From IMG/VR virus record IMGVR_UViG_3300036770_005214, positions 32,001 through 96,000 of that record: 64,000 nt of DNA; one strand, 5' to 3'. Below the pieces are notes generated by a model. It was given only the letters and a program-made list of their open reading frames with translations, searched no databases and was not told the DNA's origin. Positions within the stretch are counted from its first letter, which is position 1. Each line of letters opens with the position of its first letter. Source of the stretch: a virus. This document shows, one piece after another, positions 27,309-37,009 of this stretch. Made by a program: the position numbers and the translations under genes.

Positions 27309-30300
27309 CTACGCAGGCAACGCTGGCCCAACCTTTTCCTGCACCCACTCGACAGTGGTCCCGAGAGTCGACTCCGAGACGACCGAGAACCAGCCCGAGG
27401 ACGTCAGCGCCGCGAGGTTGAAGCCCGAGTAGACCGTCGTCCGAGAGCCCCCTTCGGTCAGCGCCGAGGCGTGCAGGTAGTCTCCCAACGAGTAGATCTT
27501 CAACTCGCTGCCAAACTTGGTGGTCTTGATGGTCGGAGGCACACCGTAGGGGTGCGCCATATCGAGCGTCAGGTTTCCGGGCGCCCCCTTGAACGTCAGT
27601 GCTTTCCCGAGCCCAGCCCCCCACAAGAGCAGGTCGCGCACGCCGATGCCGGGCGTGTCCAGGAAGTCGAGCACGAGGTCATCGGTCTGCTGTGCCGCGA
27701 AGGCCGTCAGGTCCATCGCCGGGAGCATGGAGAGGCTGTTCGTCCCGGGCGGGATCTCAAGCGTCATCATGGGGTGCAGAACGCCCGCGAAGCCGTCGCC
27801 GGCAGACACGGTGTAGATCTCCAACGCCGAGCCCGTGTCGTAGGTCAGCGTCGACCCTTCGAGCATGTAGTAGGACCGAACCTTCTCGCCGCTCCGGGGC
27901 TCCAGGGACAGCGTGAAGTTGCCGACGTAGGTCCCGCCCGGCGAGATGATGTGCAGGAGGTAGTTGAAGGCCCCCGTAGCGGAGTCTTCGATCCCGCGGC
28001 GCTTGGGTAGCTCCACCCGCACCAGCTTGCGGATGCGGCGAACCCGAGCGACCGGCGTCGGCACTTCCCCGAACGCGATCGGCGTACCGAGGTTGTTCAG
28101 CGGGACGGATTGAGCGGTCAAGATCTCCGCGGCGGTCTCGCCCACCTGCTCCAGGGGCCGATCGAGCATCGGGCGCTCTTCGGGCTGGTCCAGGTTGATG
28201 GCGCTCCCGGGGCGCTCGCGCTGCTCGGGCACCAGCGTCCCGTACACCGAACGGGCGTCGAGAAGGGCCAGCGAGTCGTCGGCGAACAGAGAGCCGTACC
28301 GGACATTGACCTGTTCGCGGGGGATGACCTCGACCGTGTACTCGTTGAAGGGGGCCCGAAGCTCCATGTACCCGTGGAACACCATCTGTGGCGACCGGAC
28401 CAGATAGCCGATCGTGCGGTCCCCGAAGCGGATGCGCAGCGTGTCTCCCGAGACGTCGGGGAACAGGTCGCCGAGACGGCGCCAGCCGAGCCGTTCGGTG
28501 GACAGGTCGTCGGCGATGATGGCGCTGACGAGTTGCCGGTATGCGGGGTGGACCTGGACGCGAAGGGCGACCTCGGGCGCGTTCTGGTTCAGCCACAGGA
28601 TGAAGGTGTCCACCCGATCGGCCATCGGCCGGGGCGCCTCTTCGTGGGGCACCAAGTAGGCCTCGATGGCCTCCTCGGAGGTGGGCCAGGAGGAGACGAT
28701 CAGCCCATCGACTGTGATGGCGTAGCGGCGCCCCTCCTTGAAGATCTCATACCCTGACGGGCCTTCGATGACCTCGATCTCCCGCAGGCGGGCGGCACGC
28801 TGGGCCTCCTCACGCTGCCGCAGTTGGAGGGCGGTGATCTTTCGGATGGCCCGCGTGGCGAGACCCGACGCCCCCTCCTTCCCGCAAACCATATACACGA
28901 CGTTCTCGGCACGGGTCACCGCGACGTAGAAGAGCCGGACCTGTTCCTCACGCTCGGAACGTGTGCTCTTCTTCCGAGGCCACTCGCGGTCCGCGAGCAC
29001 AAACACCGTCGGCCACTCAAGCCCCTTGCTGGAGTGCGCCGTCGTCAGCGACACAGCGTCCTTGGGCTTCTCTTCCTGGCTGTCATCCGGGTTTTTATTC
29101 TTCCCCTCTCGCCCACCCTTGATGTACTCCATGAAGCTCTTGAAGTCTTGGAACTGCTCCGCCAAGTCTTTCATGGTGGTGTAGATCTCGACGGCGGAAG
29201 AGTTGCTGCCTCCGCCTTCCTCGCTCGTCTCCTCTTCCCCTTCCTCTTCCTCCCCATCTCCCATGGGGAGTTCTTCCCACTCCCTTAGGAGATTCATGGC
29301 GATTATCGGTGCGTCCTCCCACTTTGCATCACACAACTCCTCCAACTCGTCCGCTACCGTGAGAAAGTCGTCGAAGGCGGCATCGCGCTTGCTGGTCACG
29401 AGCTTGTGAAGGCCGCCACGCAGCATGGGGACAATACCGGACTCTCCGCCCCTCCACCTGTCGCGAAATACTTTGTTCACGGACCCGCTGGGCAGGTACT
29501 TGAACCGTCCTCCAAAGAACTTGCTCTCGTCGTTCTTGAGGATCCCCATGAGGGCTTCTTTCGCGGCTTCCGGGTCTTCGATGCTCTTCGCTGCGAGGGC
29601 CAGGAGCATGAAGTACCGGGTGGCGGCTTTCCCCTCCAGCACCCCTTGCGTCTCCCGTGCATACATCGCCTTCAGGCCGCGACGGGTCAGCGCCCGCTCC
29701 ACGAGCGCCAACGGTGCGTTGGTTCGGCTCACCACCGCAAAGTCGGTCAAGGGGCGGCCGTTGCGGACCACCTCATCGTAGATCTTCTCTGCGATAAACT
29801 TGGAAATGCCTATATCGGAAGCAGACGGCTTGAACTTGCGCCGGCCCGCAAGGCTTTCCTTCTCCGCTTCCTTCTCCACGCGCTCCAGGGCGGCCTTCTC
29901 CACCTCCTCTCGCTGCGCTTCGCTCAACGGGAGACCCTTCGAGTCGACCATCGTCAGGGTCACTTGCCCCTGGAACTTCTCGCCGAGCGTGCCACCGTAG
30001 CTGACCTCGTTCGGGCCGGTGATGCGCATGGAGACCGCGGGGGTTCCGCTGGCCCACTCATACCGCTCCGTCTTTACCTTGACACCTTCGTCATTGGCGA
30101 CGTAAGTCTCGTAAGTCGCGGTGATATTCCCCGCCTCGACGATCCAGTGCCCGGAGCGGTAGTTAGACGAGATCTCATACTTCTGCGTCTCGGGGCGCTG
30201 GGTGATCAACTCAAACATGCTGGGGTCGGCGCCGCGGAAGCTGTAGACGGCCTGTCGGGAGTCGCCGATCAGCAGGCAAGTCCCCTCGCTCATGCGGGCG

Positions 30301-31463
30301 ACTTCGGCCGCGATATTCACCTGGATCCAGGTGTTGTCCTGGGCCTCATCCACGATGAACAGCTTGGCTTTCTTCGATACCTTCACGTTCCGGTAGTACG
30401 CGATCAGCAGGTCATCGGCGGTAAGGCGATACCGCCGCCTCTTGAGTTCGTTCGATTGCCTCCACAACTGGATGGCAAGCTCCGCGCCACTGGGGGACAC
30501 TCCTGGCTCGGTCAGGCCATCGACCAACTCTTCCCAATACCGCTTGACATCTTGATACCGAGTATAGTCCGGGTCACCTTTACTCGGAGGCTTGGCCTCA
30601 TAGGCCTCCATATAGGCCTTCAACTCCTTGTAGGAGTTGATGTTGCGGCTTTGTAGCTGACCCTGTACGATGGACTCAAACTTCCGAGCGATGGTCTTCG
30701 GGGCGTCCTTGAACGCGTCAAAGACCGTCTTTCCGGTCTGGGAAGTCTCGCGTCCAAATGAATCGGTCGTGGTCACCGTAAACCGGTAGGCGCGCATATC
30801 TGCCTGCCCGTAAACCTCGACATCGCTGAATGGCCTTCCGGGATCAACCTGTCTGTGTTCGGAGCGCGCCGTTACATGCGGGTTCAGCAGGGAGTTTACA
30901 TGCTCACGCACAAGAGCCTTCCCAAACTTGAAATCCCGGGGGGGAAGCACGGACGGAGGTAGGCTCTTGAAGGGCATCGAGTGATAGGTGCCGACCCGCA
31001 TCCCCCAGATGACACCCTTGGGGATGTACTTTGCCAGCTTGCGGGTGAGGTCTGCGGCTGCCTTGCGGGTGAAGGTCGTGAGGACCATCTCGTTCGGGCT
31101 CATGCCGCCCGGCTCTCGCCGAAGAAACCGGTGATAGGCCTTGGCGGCGCCGAGGGTCACGCACCGGGTCTTGCCCGAGCCCGCGCAGGCGGAAGCCCGA
31201 AGGATGCGGTAGCCCTGCGAACCCGACTCCGCGATGGCGTCCACGAGCAGCCGTTGTTGGGGGTCGCAGCTTTCGTAGTCCCGCAGGAAGTTCTCGTAGC
31301 CCTTCGCATTGGTGATGTCCTCAATGCTGGCAAACAGCTTCTCTTTCTCGGCATCACTTGATTCTTTCTCTGCCTCGTAGGCAGCGTCCCGATCTGCCTG
31401 CGAAACGATCGAGGTCACGCCTGGGATCAGCGGAATGTCTCTGGGGTTCGGGCAGAAGCTCAT
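27309..31463 (-). CDS. UvrD/PcrA-like SF1A helicase with long C-terminal extension
   Basis: ACAGSGKT, TFTRKAA, VDEAQD, GDSRQAVYSFRGA, NYRS, TAHSSKGLEW, RLFYVAVTRA. Confidence 0.9.
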   Translation of the reverse strand: MSFCPNPRDIPLIPGVTSIVSQADRDAAYEAEKESSDAEKEKLFASIEDITNAKGYENFLRDYESCDPQQRLLVDAIAESGSQGYRILRASACAGSGKTRCVTLGAAKAYHRFLRREPGGMSPNEMVLTTFTRKAAADLTRKLAKYIPKGVIWGMRVGTYHSMPFKSLPPSVLPPRDFKFGKALVREHVNSLLNPHVTARSEHRQVDPGRPFSDVEVYGQADMRAYRFTVTTTDSFGRETSQTGKTVFDAFKDAPKTIARKFESIVQGQLQSRNINSYKELKAYMEAYEAKPPSKGDPDYTRYQDVKRYWEELVDGLTEPGVSPSGAELAIQLWRQSNELKRRRYRLTADDLLIAYYRNVKVSKKAKLFIVDEAQDNTWIQVNIAAEVARMSEGTCLLIGDSRQAVYSFRGADPSMFELITQRPETQKYEISSNYRSGHWIVEAGNITATYETYVANDEGVKVKTERYEWASGTPAVSMRITGPNEVSYGGTLGEKFQGQVTLTMVDSKGLPLSEAQREEVEKAALERVEKEAEKESLAGRRKFKPSASDIGISKFIAEKIYDEVVRNGRPLTDFAVVSRTNAPLALVERALTRRGLKAMYARETQGVLEGKAATRYFMLLALAAKSIEDPEAAKEALMGILKNDESKFFGGRFKYLPSGSVNKVFRDRWRGGESGIVPMLRGGLHKLVTSKRDAAFDDFLTVADELEELCDAKWEDAPIIAMNLLREWEELPMGDGEEEEGEEETSEEGGGSNSSAVEIYTTMKDLAEQFQDFKSFMEYIKGGREGKNKNPDDSQEEKPKDAVSLTTAHSSKGLEWPTVFVLADREWPRKKSTRSEREEQVRLFYVAVTRAENVVYMVCGKEGASGLATRAIRKITALQLRQREEAQRAARLREIEVIEGPSGYEIFKEGRRYAITVDGLIVSSWPTSEEAIEAYLVPHEEAPRPMADRVDTFILWLNQNAPEVALRVQVHPAYRQLVSAIIADDLSTERLGWRRLGDLFPDVSGDTLRIRFGDRTIGYLVRSPQMVFHGYMELRAPFNEYTVEVIPREQVNVRYGSLFADDSLALLDARSVYGTLVPEQRERPGSAINLDQPEERPMLDRPLEQVGETAAEILTAQSVPLNNLGTPIAFGEVPTPVARVRRIRKLVRVELPKRRGIEDSATGAFNYLLHIISPGGTYVGNFTLSLEPRSGEKVRSYYMLEGSTLTYDTGSALEIYTVSAGDGFAGVLHPMMTLEIPPGTNSLSMLPAMDLTAFAAQQTDDLVLDFLDTPGIGVRDLLLWGAGLGKALTFKGAPGNLTLDMAHPYGVPPTIKTTKFGSELKIYSLGDYLHASALTEGGSRTTVYSGFNLAALTSSGWFSVVSESTLGTTVEWVQEKVGPALPA

Positions 31464-31510
31464 GGTGACCTCGGCAAGTGGATCGGGTGGGAGCAGAAAC
31501 CTACGCCCAC

Positions 31511-31539
31511 CGTGTAGCCCTAAGGGCTCTACTTGGCAA
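31511..31539 (-). promoter_or_regulatory. Class A promoter (TTGCCA-N17-TACACG)
   Basis: Minus strand ttgccaagtagagcccttagggctacacg. Confidence 0.6.
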
Positions 31540-31548
31540 CCTAGTAGA

Positions 31549-31851
31549 TCAGCCCTTCAGTTCGCTGCTCGGGCGGAACACAAACTTCTTCTTGGCCTTC
31601 ACGCGGACCGTCTTGCCAAACGCTTTCATGGTCCGAGCCTTGGTCGCCCGCACGCGGAACGTCCCGAAGCCCTTGATGCGCACCGGATGGCCGCCCTTCA
31701 CATGCGCCACGATCTGCTCAAACAGGAAGCCAACGGCATCCTTCGCCGCCGTCTTCGAGCAGCGCATACCCGCACCGGTCATGTGCTCCGCAAGCTCACG
31801 AGCCAGCGTCACCGTCGTCGCACTCTTCGTCTTCGCCTTCGCCTTTGCCAT
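31549..31851 (-). CDS. hup: HU/IHF-family DNA-binding protein
   Basis: VRIKGFGTFRVR..KAR...VKAKKKFVFRPSSELK; start ATG 31851 after GGAGG. Confidence 0.9.
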   Translation of the reverse strand: MAKAKAKTKSATTVTLARELAEHMTGAGMRCSKTAAKDAVGFLFEQIVAHVKGGHPVRIKGFGTFRVRATKARTMKAFGKTVRVKAKKKFVFRPSSELKG

Positions 31852-32052
31852 AGAAACCTCCGCCGAGAGGCTAACATACGCCACCAGCGGAGCAAACACC
31901 GCTGCTTCCGCGACGTATACCCCCTTTGGGCATCCCCCGTCCCGGATACACCGCTTCGTATACCACGAAAGGCGGAATACGTCACGGCATGGTCCGCGAA
32001 GACCGGGTAGCATCCCCGTGTGAGGCTACCGCGCCCACTCTAAGGAGCCACC

Positions 32053-32337
32053 ATGGCGTTCACCGTCACCCGTTACCGTGCCAACAACCCGGGCCAGAAT
32101 ACCCGGTACTTCGACATCACCGCCCTCGATGCCGACCTGACCACCACCTTCAACCACAACTGCGGTTGGACCCCGGACGACTGGGATCTCGTCTCGACCG
32201 ACGGCTCCCCCTGCGCCTACGCGGGCGTGTGGCGTGCGCAGGTCAACGCGACCCAGGTCACCATCACCAAGTCCGGTGCGGGTAGCTCGGGCGGCGCGGT
32301 GCGTCTCACCTTGAACCACTCCGCGCTTCGTCCCTGA
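32053..32337 (+). CDS. Small beta-rich protein, putative virion component
   Basis: Strong TAAGGAG RBS; Thr/Val-rich strand pattern. Confidence 0.65.
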   Translation: MAFTVTRYRANNPGQNTRYFDITALDADLTTTFNHNCGWTPDDWDLVSTDGSPCAYAGVWRAQVNATQVTITKSGAGSSGGAVRLTLNHSALRP

Positions 32338-32346
32338 TTCTGGCCT

Positions 32347-32384
32347 GACGAGCCACGAGCGGTTACCGCTGCTCGTGGCTCGTC
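32347..32384 (+). terminator. 14-bp perfect inverted repeat (terminator or RNA-stabilising hairpin)
   Basis: gacgagccacgagc-N10-gctcgtggctcgtc. Confidence 0.7.
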
Positions 32385-32426
32385 TGTGTCTGCCCCTTTC
32401 CCCCCTTCGCACTACCGGGTGGAGCT

Positions 32427-32804
32427 ATGGCGCTGTTTCTTCAGCTTCCCTTCTATGTCCAAGAAACGGCCCTGACCCTCGACGCCCTCTCCAAGACGGG
32501 TGTTGGGGCGGTGCTCCCTGACCAGTGCGGGGCCCTCGGCCTGTACGCCATCTTCGCCTCGACCGGTGTTCCCCCCTTCGGCGCCTACCAGATGTTCTTG
32601 GAGACCCGGATCAGCGGGGCTGCCGAGTGGACCGACACGGGCGAGATCTTCCCGATCGTATCGGCCGCGGGCGTCTACAAGTTCGCGTTCTCCTCGCCCG
32701 TCCTCGATGAAGTCCGCATCCGTGTGGAAGGGACGAACACGGTGGGCGCGGTGGTCCAGTTCACTTGGCTGGCCGACGTAGACGGCCTGACCCTTTCGAC
32801 CTGA
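32427..32804 (+). CDS. Small beta-sandwich-like protein, putative virion component
   Basis: Alternating strand pattern; ETRISGAAEW, EVRIRVEG. Confidence 0.65.
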   Translation: MALFLQLPFYVQETALTLDALSKTGVGAVLPDQCGALGLYAIFASTGVPPFGAYQMFLETRISGAAEWTDTGEIFPIVSAAGVYKFAFSSPVLDEVRIRVEGTNTVGAVVQFTWLADVDGLTLST

Positions 32805-32811
32805 GGCTCGC

Positions 32812-33183
32812 ATGTTCTTCCAGTGTAGCTACCAGAAGGACGTCCGCGACTCCGCGACGGTCCCGGTCGTCGAGCAGATCGACTGGCAGATCCTCCAAGC
32901 CGCAGGCGGCGGGGCGTACCTCGTTGGGAACCTCCGCCAGTTCACCATCGGGACGCTGAACGTCCTGGTGCAGACGAGCCTGGATGGGGTCAACTATGTC
33001 ACGCTGGACAACACCACGCTGACGGCAGTGGACACCACCTACTACTACCGCTACGACGGCCCCATTCCACGCTACCAGCGCATCACGTTGACCCCCGCTG
33101 GGGGCTTCAACGGAACCCTCGCCGTCAACTATTACGGCGCCGCTGACGTGGGAGACATCCCCATCTCCACCCTGGTCCTCTGA
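32812..33183 (+). CDS. Small beta-sandwich-like protein, putative virion component
   Basis: VQTSLDGVNYVTL...PRYQRITLT, a pattern typical of jelly-roll-like modules. Confidence 0.65.
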   Translation: MFFQCSYQKDVRDSATVPVVEQIDWQILQAAGGGAYLVGNLRQFTIGTLNVLVQTSLDGVNYVTLDNTTLTAVDTTYYYRYDGPIPRYQRITLTPAGGFNGTLAVNYYGAADVGDIPISTLVL

Positions 33184-33192
33184 GGTTCCGTC

Positions 33193-33762
33193 ATGGCTGA
33201 CTACCAGGATCGCAGCATCCGTCGGAAGCTCGGTAAGAACCAGACGCTCCCGCACACGCACCATCCCCGTGACGTCCCCGGCGTCCTGTCGGTCGTGAGC
33301 GCACCGGCGTCCCTGATCCCCTTCGACACGTTGGTCGAAGAGGGCGTGACGGTCAACCCGAGCACGAGCGCGGTCGTCTTCTCGGTGCTCGACGAGATGT
33401 TTATCTCGGCGGTCCTCCCGCCCCTCACGACGCCGGCCAACAAGTATCGCGTCCACCTTCGGTTCAACGGCAGCTTCCTGTGCGGCTCCGAGTCGCGGCT
33501 GGAGTTGCAGTTCTTCCAGGGCAACCCGCTGGTGCCCCCGACCGTGGCCATCGGCACTGCGTTGCAGGCGGGCAACCCGGGTGCGGGTGGCATCGCGCAG
33601 ATCCACGCCGTCTCGCTGACGCAGACCTTCGAGGTCGCGCCCGGAAACTACCTGTGGCAGGTGCAGTGGCGCGAGGTCAACGGCCTGCCCGGCAACGCGG
33701 TGGCGAGCGTGGGCGTGCTGCGCCGCTTCGAGGTTGAAGCCGACACGCTGGTCGTAAGCTGA
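33193..33762 (+). CDS. Beta-rich protein, putative virion component
   Basis: APGNYLWQVQWR; in operon. Confidence 0.65.
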   Translation: MADYQDRSIRRKLGKNQTLPHTHHPRDVPGVLSVVSAPASLIPFDTLVEEGVTVNPSTSAVVFSVLDEMFISAVLPPLTTPANKYRVHLRFNGSFLCGSESRLELQFFQGNPLVPPTVAIGTALQAGNPGAGGIAQIHAVSLTQTFEVAPGNYLWQVQWREVNGLPGNAVASVGVLRRFEVEADTLVVS

Positions 33763-34139
33763 TGGCCTACGCGGCAATCGTCACCGTGAAGCAAGTCGGG
33801 CCCGGCGAATACCTCGTCCGGGTCTCGGAAACCGACTGTGGGGCCGCGGACGAGGCCACGATCACCGGGCTTCCCGTTGTGGGTCGCGTGCGCCGCCTGA
33901 CCTGCCAACTGGTTGGCGGGACGGCGGTCTCCGTTGACCCCGTGCTGGCGATGGCCGCTGGTGGAACAGGCGTTGATGCCATCGTCGGGCCGGGCACCCC
34001 CGCGGCCATCGTGACGAGCCTTAGCGCCAACACTTATGCGACGCCCACCGGGGACTCGGTATTCTATCACCGCAGTCAGCCGAACGCGGGCGCCGACAAC
34101 GTGATCGAGACGGTATACAACGTCTCGGGACGTTGGTAG
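33762..34139 (+). CDS. Small beta-rich protein, putative virion component
   Basis: TGATG coupling; Ala/Val/Thr/Gly-rich. Confidence 0.65.
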   Translation: MAYAAIVTVKQVGPGEYLVRVSETDCGAADEATITGLPVVGRVRRLTCQLVGGTAVSVDPVLAMAAGGTGVDAIVGPGTPAAIVTSLSANTYATPTGDSVFYHRSQPNAGADNVIETVYNVSGRW

Positions 34140-34160
34140 AGTTTTGGGAGGAAGGGAAGG

Positions 34161-34706
34161 ATGGAAATCCAAGGTCTGTTGATCGGAGCGGGGCTCGGCT
34201 ACATGCTGGGCGACCAGAAGGACGCGAAGAAGGTTGCGAGCCGCGAGGTGTGGGCCGTTGGTGGCGCCGCCCTGGGGCACCTCCTTCAAGAGCAGATGGG
34301 GCCCAAGCCGGCGCCCGCGCAGTCGCAGGTCGTTGTAGACCCGGGCCTGTCGCACGAGAACGCTCGGCTCAAGCGCGCCCTCGTGGAGACTCGCGCGAAC
34401 CACTCGCGGACGCTCGCGGCGATCGAAACCCAGGTCGACGAACTCTTGGCCGATCGCGAAGAGGCGCCAGCGCCTCGGGTCGCCCGTGCCGCTCGCCAGC
34501 CGGCCGCCGAGCCCGCGCCCCGTCGTCGGGTGGTGTCGCTCGGAACGATGGAGCGTGAGGCGGCACCGTCGCCCGCTCCGAAGCAAGCTCCCAAGGCAGC
34601 CGTCCGGCGCCCCCAACTTCCCGATTACGGGCAGCTTGATGGGCTCCGTGGTGAACTTGCAGAGGCAGACTTGGCCGAAGTGTTCGGCCGAAGCAACACA
34701 AGGTAG
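34161..34706 (+). CDS. Glycine-zipper membrane protein with coiled coil
   Basis: LLIGAGLGYMLG-DQKDAKK-WAVGGAALGHLL; strong RBS. Confidence 0.75.
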   Translation: MEIQGLLIGAGLGYMLGDQKDAKKVASREVWAVGGAALGHLLQEQMGPKPAPAQSQVVVDPGLSHENARLKRALVETRANHSRTLAAIETQVDELLADREEAPAPRVARAARQPAAEPAPRRRVVSLGTMEREAAPSPAPKQAPKAAVRRPQLPDYGQLDGLRGELAEADLAEVFGRSNTR

Positions 34707-34715
34707 GGAGTTACC

Positions 34716-34967
34716 ATGTACTACGTTGGCGAAGTTGGCGGAAACAAGAAGGATGTTGTGGTGCCCGAGCCCAAGATGAAGGTTGACACCACCACCGTTC
34801 TCACCTCCGGTGTGGGCGCGCTGGGCGGCGGCCTCGCGGCTACCGCGGTGGGCCCCTCGCTCGGCCTCAAGGGCAAGAGCGGCAAGACCATCGGCATGGC
34901 GCTCGGCGCCCTGGCTGGGTTCATGTACGACCAGCGCGCGAAGAAGAAGGCCGCTGAGCAGCTCTGA
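34716..34967 (+). CDS. Small glycine-zipper membrane protein
   Basis: GVGALGGGLAATAVG-LKGKSGK-IGMALGALAGFMY. Confidence 0.75.
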   Translation: MYYVGEVGGNKKDVVVPEPKMKVDTTTVLTSGVGALGGGLAATAVGPSLGLKGKSGKTIGMALGALAGFMYDQRAKKKAAEQL

Positions 34968-34989
34968 TCTGTCGACGTAGCGTGTAACC

Positions 34990-35022
34990 AAGGGCCCACG
35001 TCGCTCGCCGCCGTGGGCCTTT
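34990..35022 (+). terminator. Intrinsic terminator-like hairpin
   Basis: aagggcccacg...cgtgggccttt. Confidence 0.6.
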
Positions 35023-35038
35023 GCACTTGGAGGGAGCC

Positions 35039-35701
35039 GTGCCTACTGCCCGTCAGAGCATCGGGATCGCTTTCGTGAAGCTGGGGCAATCCGACGACCC
35101 GGCTATCCGCGCAAAGGGCCGACTGGCCCAGACGCTTTGGGTGCGGTCCTCGACGGAGGATATGTCCCCAGGACGGCTTATCGCGCTCGCGGATGCGTTG
35201 GTCGCCTTGGCGGACGAGCTACCGAGCCCCGAGCCTGACGCGCCCTCCGTGCAGGAAGCATGGGTCGATGTGCGCCCGCAGATCTCCGCGCAGCCGGGAG
35301 AGCCCATCCCCAACTACGGCAAGGCTCTAAGGAGTGTTGCGAGCGCCGGCTTTGCCTACAGCGGTCAGGCCGACGAGACGGACGCCTACCTGGACGAGGC
35401 GGACGAGTTTTACGGTGACGCGGCACCCGAGCAGACCTGGGGCGAATGGGCCGCAGAGAAGGCGGCGGCGCTGGCCTCCCCGGTGACGTCCCGCATCGCC
35501 GCGGCAGAGAAGGCCGTCGCAGACAAGATTGCCGCGGCAGAGAAGGCCGTCGCAGACAAGTTTGCCGAGCTAAAGGAGGCCGCCACCGCTCCGGTGGAGG
35601 AGGGATGGGAAGATCTGAAGAACGCCATGATTGCCATCGGCCTCACGGGCGTTCTGGTGGTGGCGATCAGCGCCTCCGCAGGTAGAGGAAGGCGCCGATA
35701 A
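35039..35701 (+). CDS. C-terminally anchored membrane protein with 11-residue repeat
   Basis: GTG start after GAGGGAG; AAAEKAVADK twice; TM AMIAIGLTGVLVVAI followed by RGRRR. Confidence 0.65.
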   Translation: MPTARQSIGIAFVKLGQSDDPAIRAKGRLAQTLWVRSSTEDMSPGRLIALADALVALADELPSPEPDAPSVQEAWVDVRPQISAQPGEPIPNYGKALRSVASAGFAYSGQADETDAYLDEADEFYGDAAPEQTWGEWAAEKAAALASPVTSRIAAAEKAVADKIAAAEKAVADKFAELKEAATAPVEEGWEDLKNAMIAIGLTGVLVVAISASAGRGRRR

Positions 35702-36980
35702 GGCCGAGGCCCACGAGCACCAGGGCGCCGCCGGCTGCCGCGGGGATGGCACCCAGGGTGTTCGCCCGCACGTTCGCGAGGGGGCCCAGGAACTTGCGCA
35801 TGACGCTGATGTTCGCGTTGGCGGCTTCGGTCCCGAACTGGTCACGCCATGCTGGCCGCTCGATGTCCCGTGCGAAGATCTCCGCCAGAGAGAGCACCGT
35901 CGCCCCGTTCGCGTAGGCCTGACGGAGCCTGTTCCCCCGCTCCCCTTGGTACTCGACGATGATGCGCTGGGTGTTCGCCGTGGGGTCGTGGCGAGCCGCA
36001 GACGACATCCCCGCACCTGCCCCCCTCGCATTGAGTTGGAACAGCCCGCGGCTGTCTTCCGAGCCCGCGGGCACGACGTAGGCGACCGCATCACGGGTCG
36101 AGCCGAAGGCCCATGCGCCACGCCCCGAGATTGCGTTCGTGTCGAGTTGCGACTCGCGGAAGGCGTTGGCGAGTGCGGCCAGCGCGATGCCCGCCGGGAT
36201 GCCCGCACGCGAGAACTCGGCCATGACCACACGCCCGGCGGACATCTGCCGCTCGAAGCGTTCGGGGTACTGGGTGAGATTCGGATAGTTGATGTTCTTG
36301 TTTCGGATCACCGTCTCAAGCGCGGCGTCCGTATCGAAGGCGCCGACGAACACACCGGCCGCCCGCGGAAGGGATGCCAGCATCTCCACCTCTTCGAGCT
36401 TGCCGCGAAGCGCAGACGTGATCCCTTTGAGGTAGTCCGCCGGCGTGCGGATGCCCGCGTTCGCGAGCCGCACCCGCTCCGGGAACACGGTCGAGGGGTC
36501 CTTGTTCATGTACAGCGGGTAGAAGGTGGCCATCGCAATCTTGGCCAGCGTGTCGAGCGGTCCGCCCTCCAGCCGCTCGCGGGCCCGTGCGGCGTAGTAT
36601 CGCTGCACGAGGTCCATCTGCTGCTGCGCATCCATCGCACGGATGGCCCGCGTCGTCGTGCCGAGCCCCTTCGCCGTGCTGGGGGTGAACTGGATCAGCC
36701 CTTGCGCCACGTCGGGGTTGAACGGCTTGACCCCTTTGACGTCCCCATACTGCGCCTTCGGGTTGAACCGCGACTCGTGCTGGATGACCGCTGCAAGGTG
36801 CGCCGGGTTCGCGCCGAGGCTCCGCGCCACCTCGATGATCTTCAGCATGAGGGTGAGCGGTGGCGGCGACCCGGTGTAGTCCCGGTAGTAGGGCTGAAGC
36901 GTGCTCGCGAGCCGCACGTCTCGCGATATGCGGTAGGGCTCGGTCGCCTCTGCAAAGCTGGGGGACGGTGCGGTAGACAT
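35667..36980 (-). CDS. Membrane-anchored protein with two lysozyme-superfamily (lytic transglycosylase-like) domains
   Basis: VIQHESRFNPKA...QGLIQF; ANAFRESQLDTNA...SRGLFQL; C-terminal TM plus LRRR. Confidence 0.85.
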   Translation of the reverse strand: MSTAPSPSFAEATEPYRISRDVRLASTLQPYYRDYTGSPPPLTLMLKIIEVARSLGANPAHLAAVIQHESRFNPKAQYGDVKGVKPFNPDVAQGLIQFTPSTAKGLGTTTRAIRAMDAQQQMDLVQRYYAARARERLEGGPLDTLAKIAMATFYPLYMNKDPSTVFPERVRLANAGIRTPADYLKGITSALRGKLEEVEMLASLPRAAGVFVGAFDTDAALETVIRNKNINYPNLTQYPERFERQMSAGRVVMAEFSRAGIPAGIALAALANAFRESQLDTNAISGRGAWAFGSTRDAVAYVVPAGSEDSRGLFQLNARGAGAGMSSAARHDPTANTQRIIVEYQGERGNRLRQAYANGATVLSLAEIFARDIERPAWRDQFGTEAANANISVMRKFLGPLANVRANTLGAIPAAAGGALVLVGLGLIGAFLYLRRR

Positions 36981-37009
36981 GGGATAGACCCCTTCTCGGG
37001 AGGATAACC

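Noticed and set aside
34981-35009. Reverse-strand class A-like motif (gcccttggttacacg)
   Set aside because: No -35, incomplete GGG, and better explained as a terminator stem
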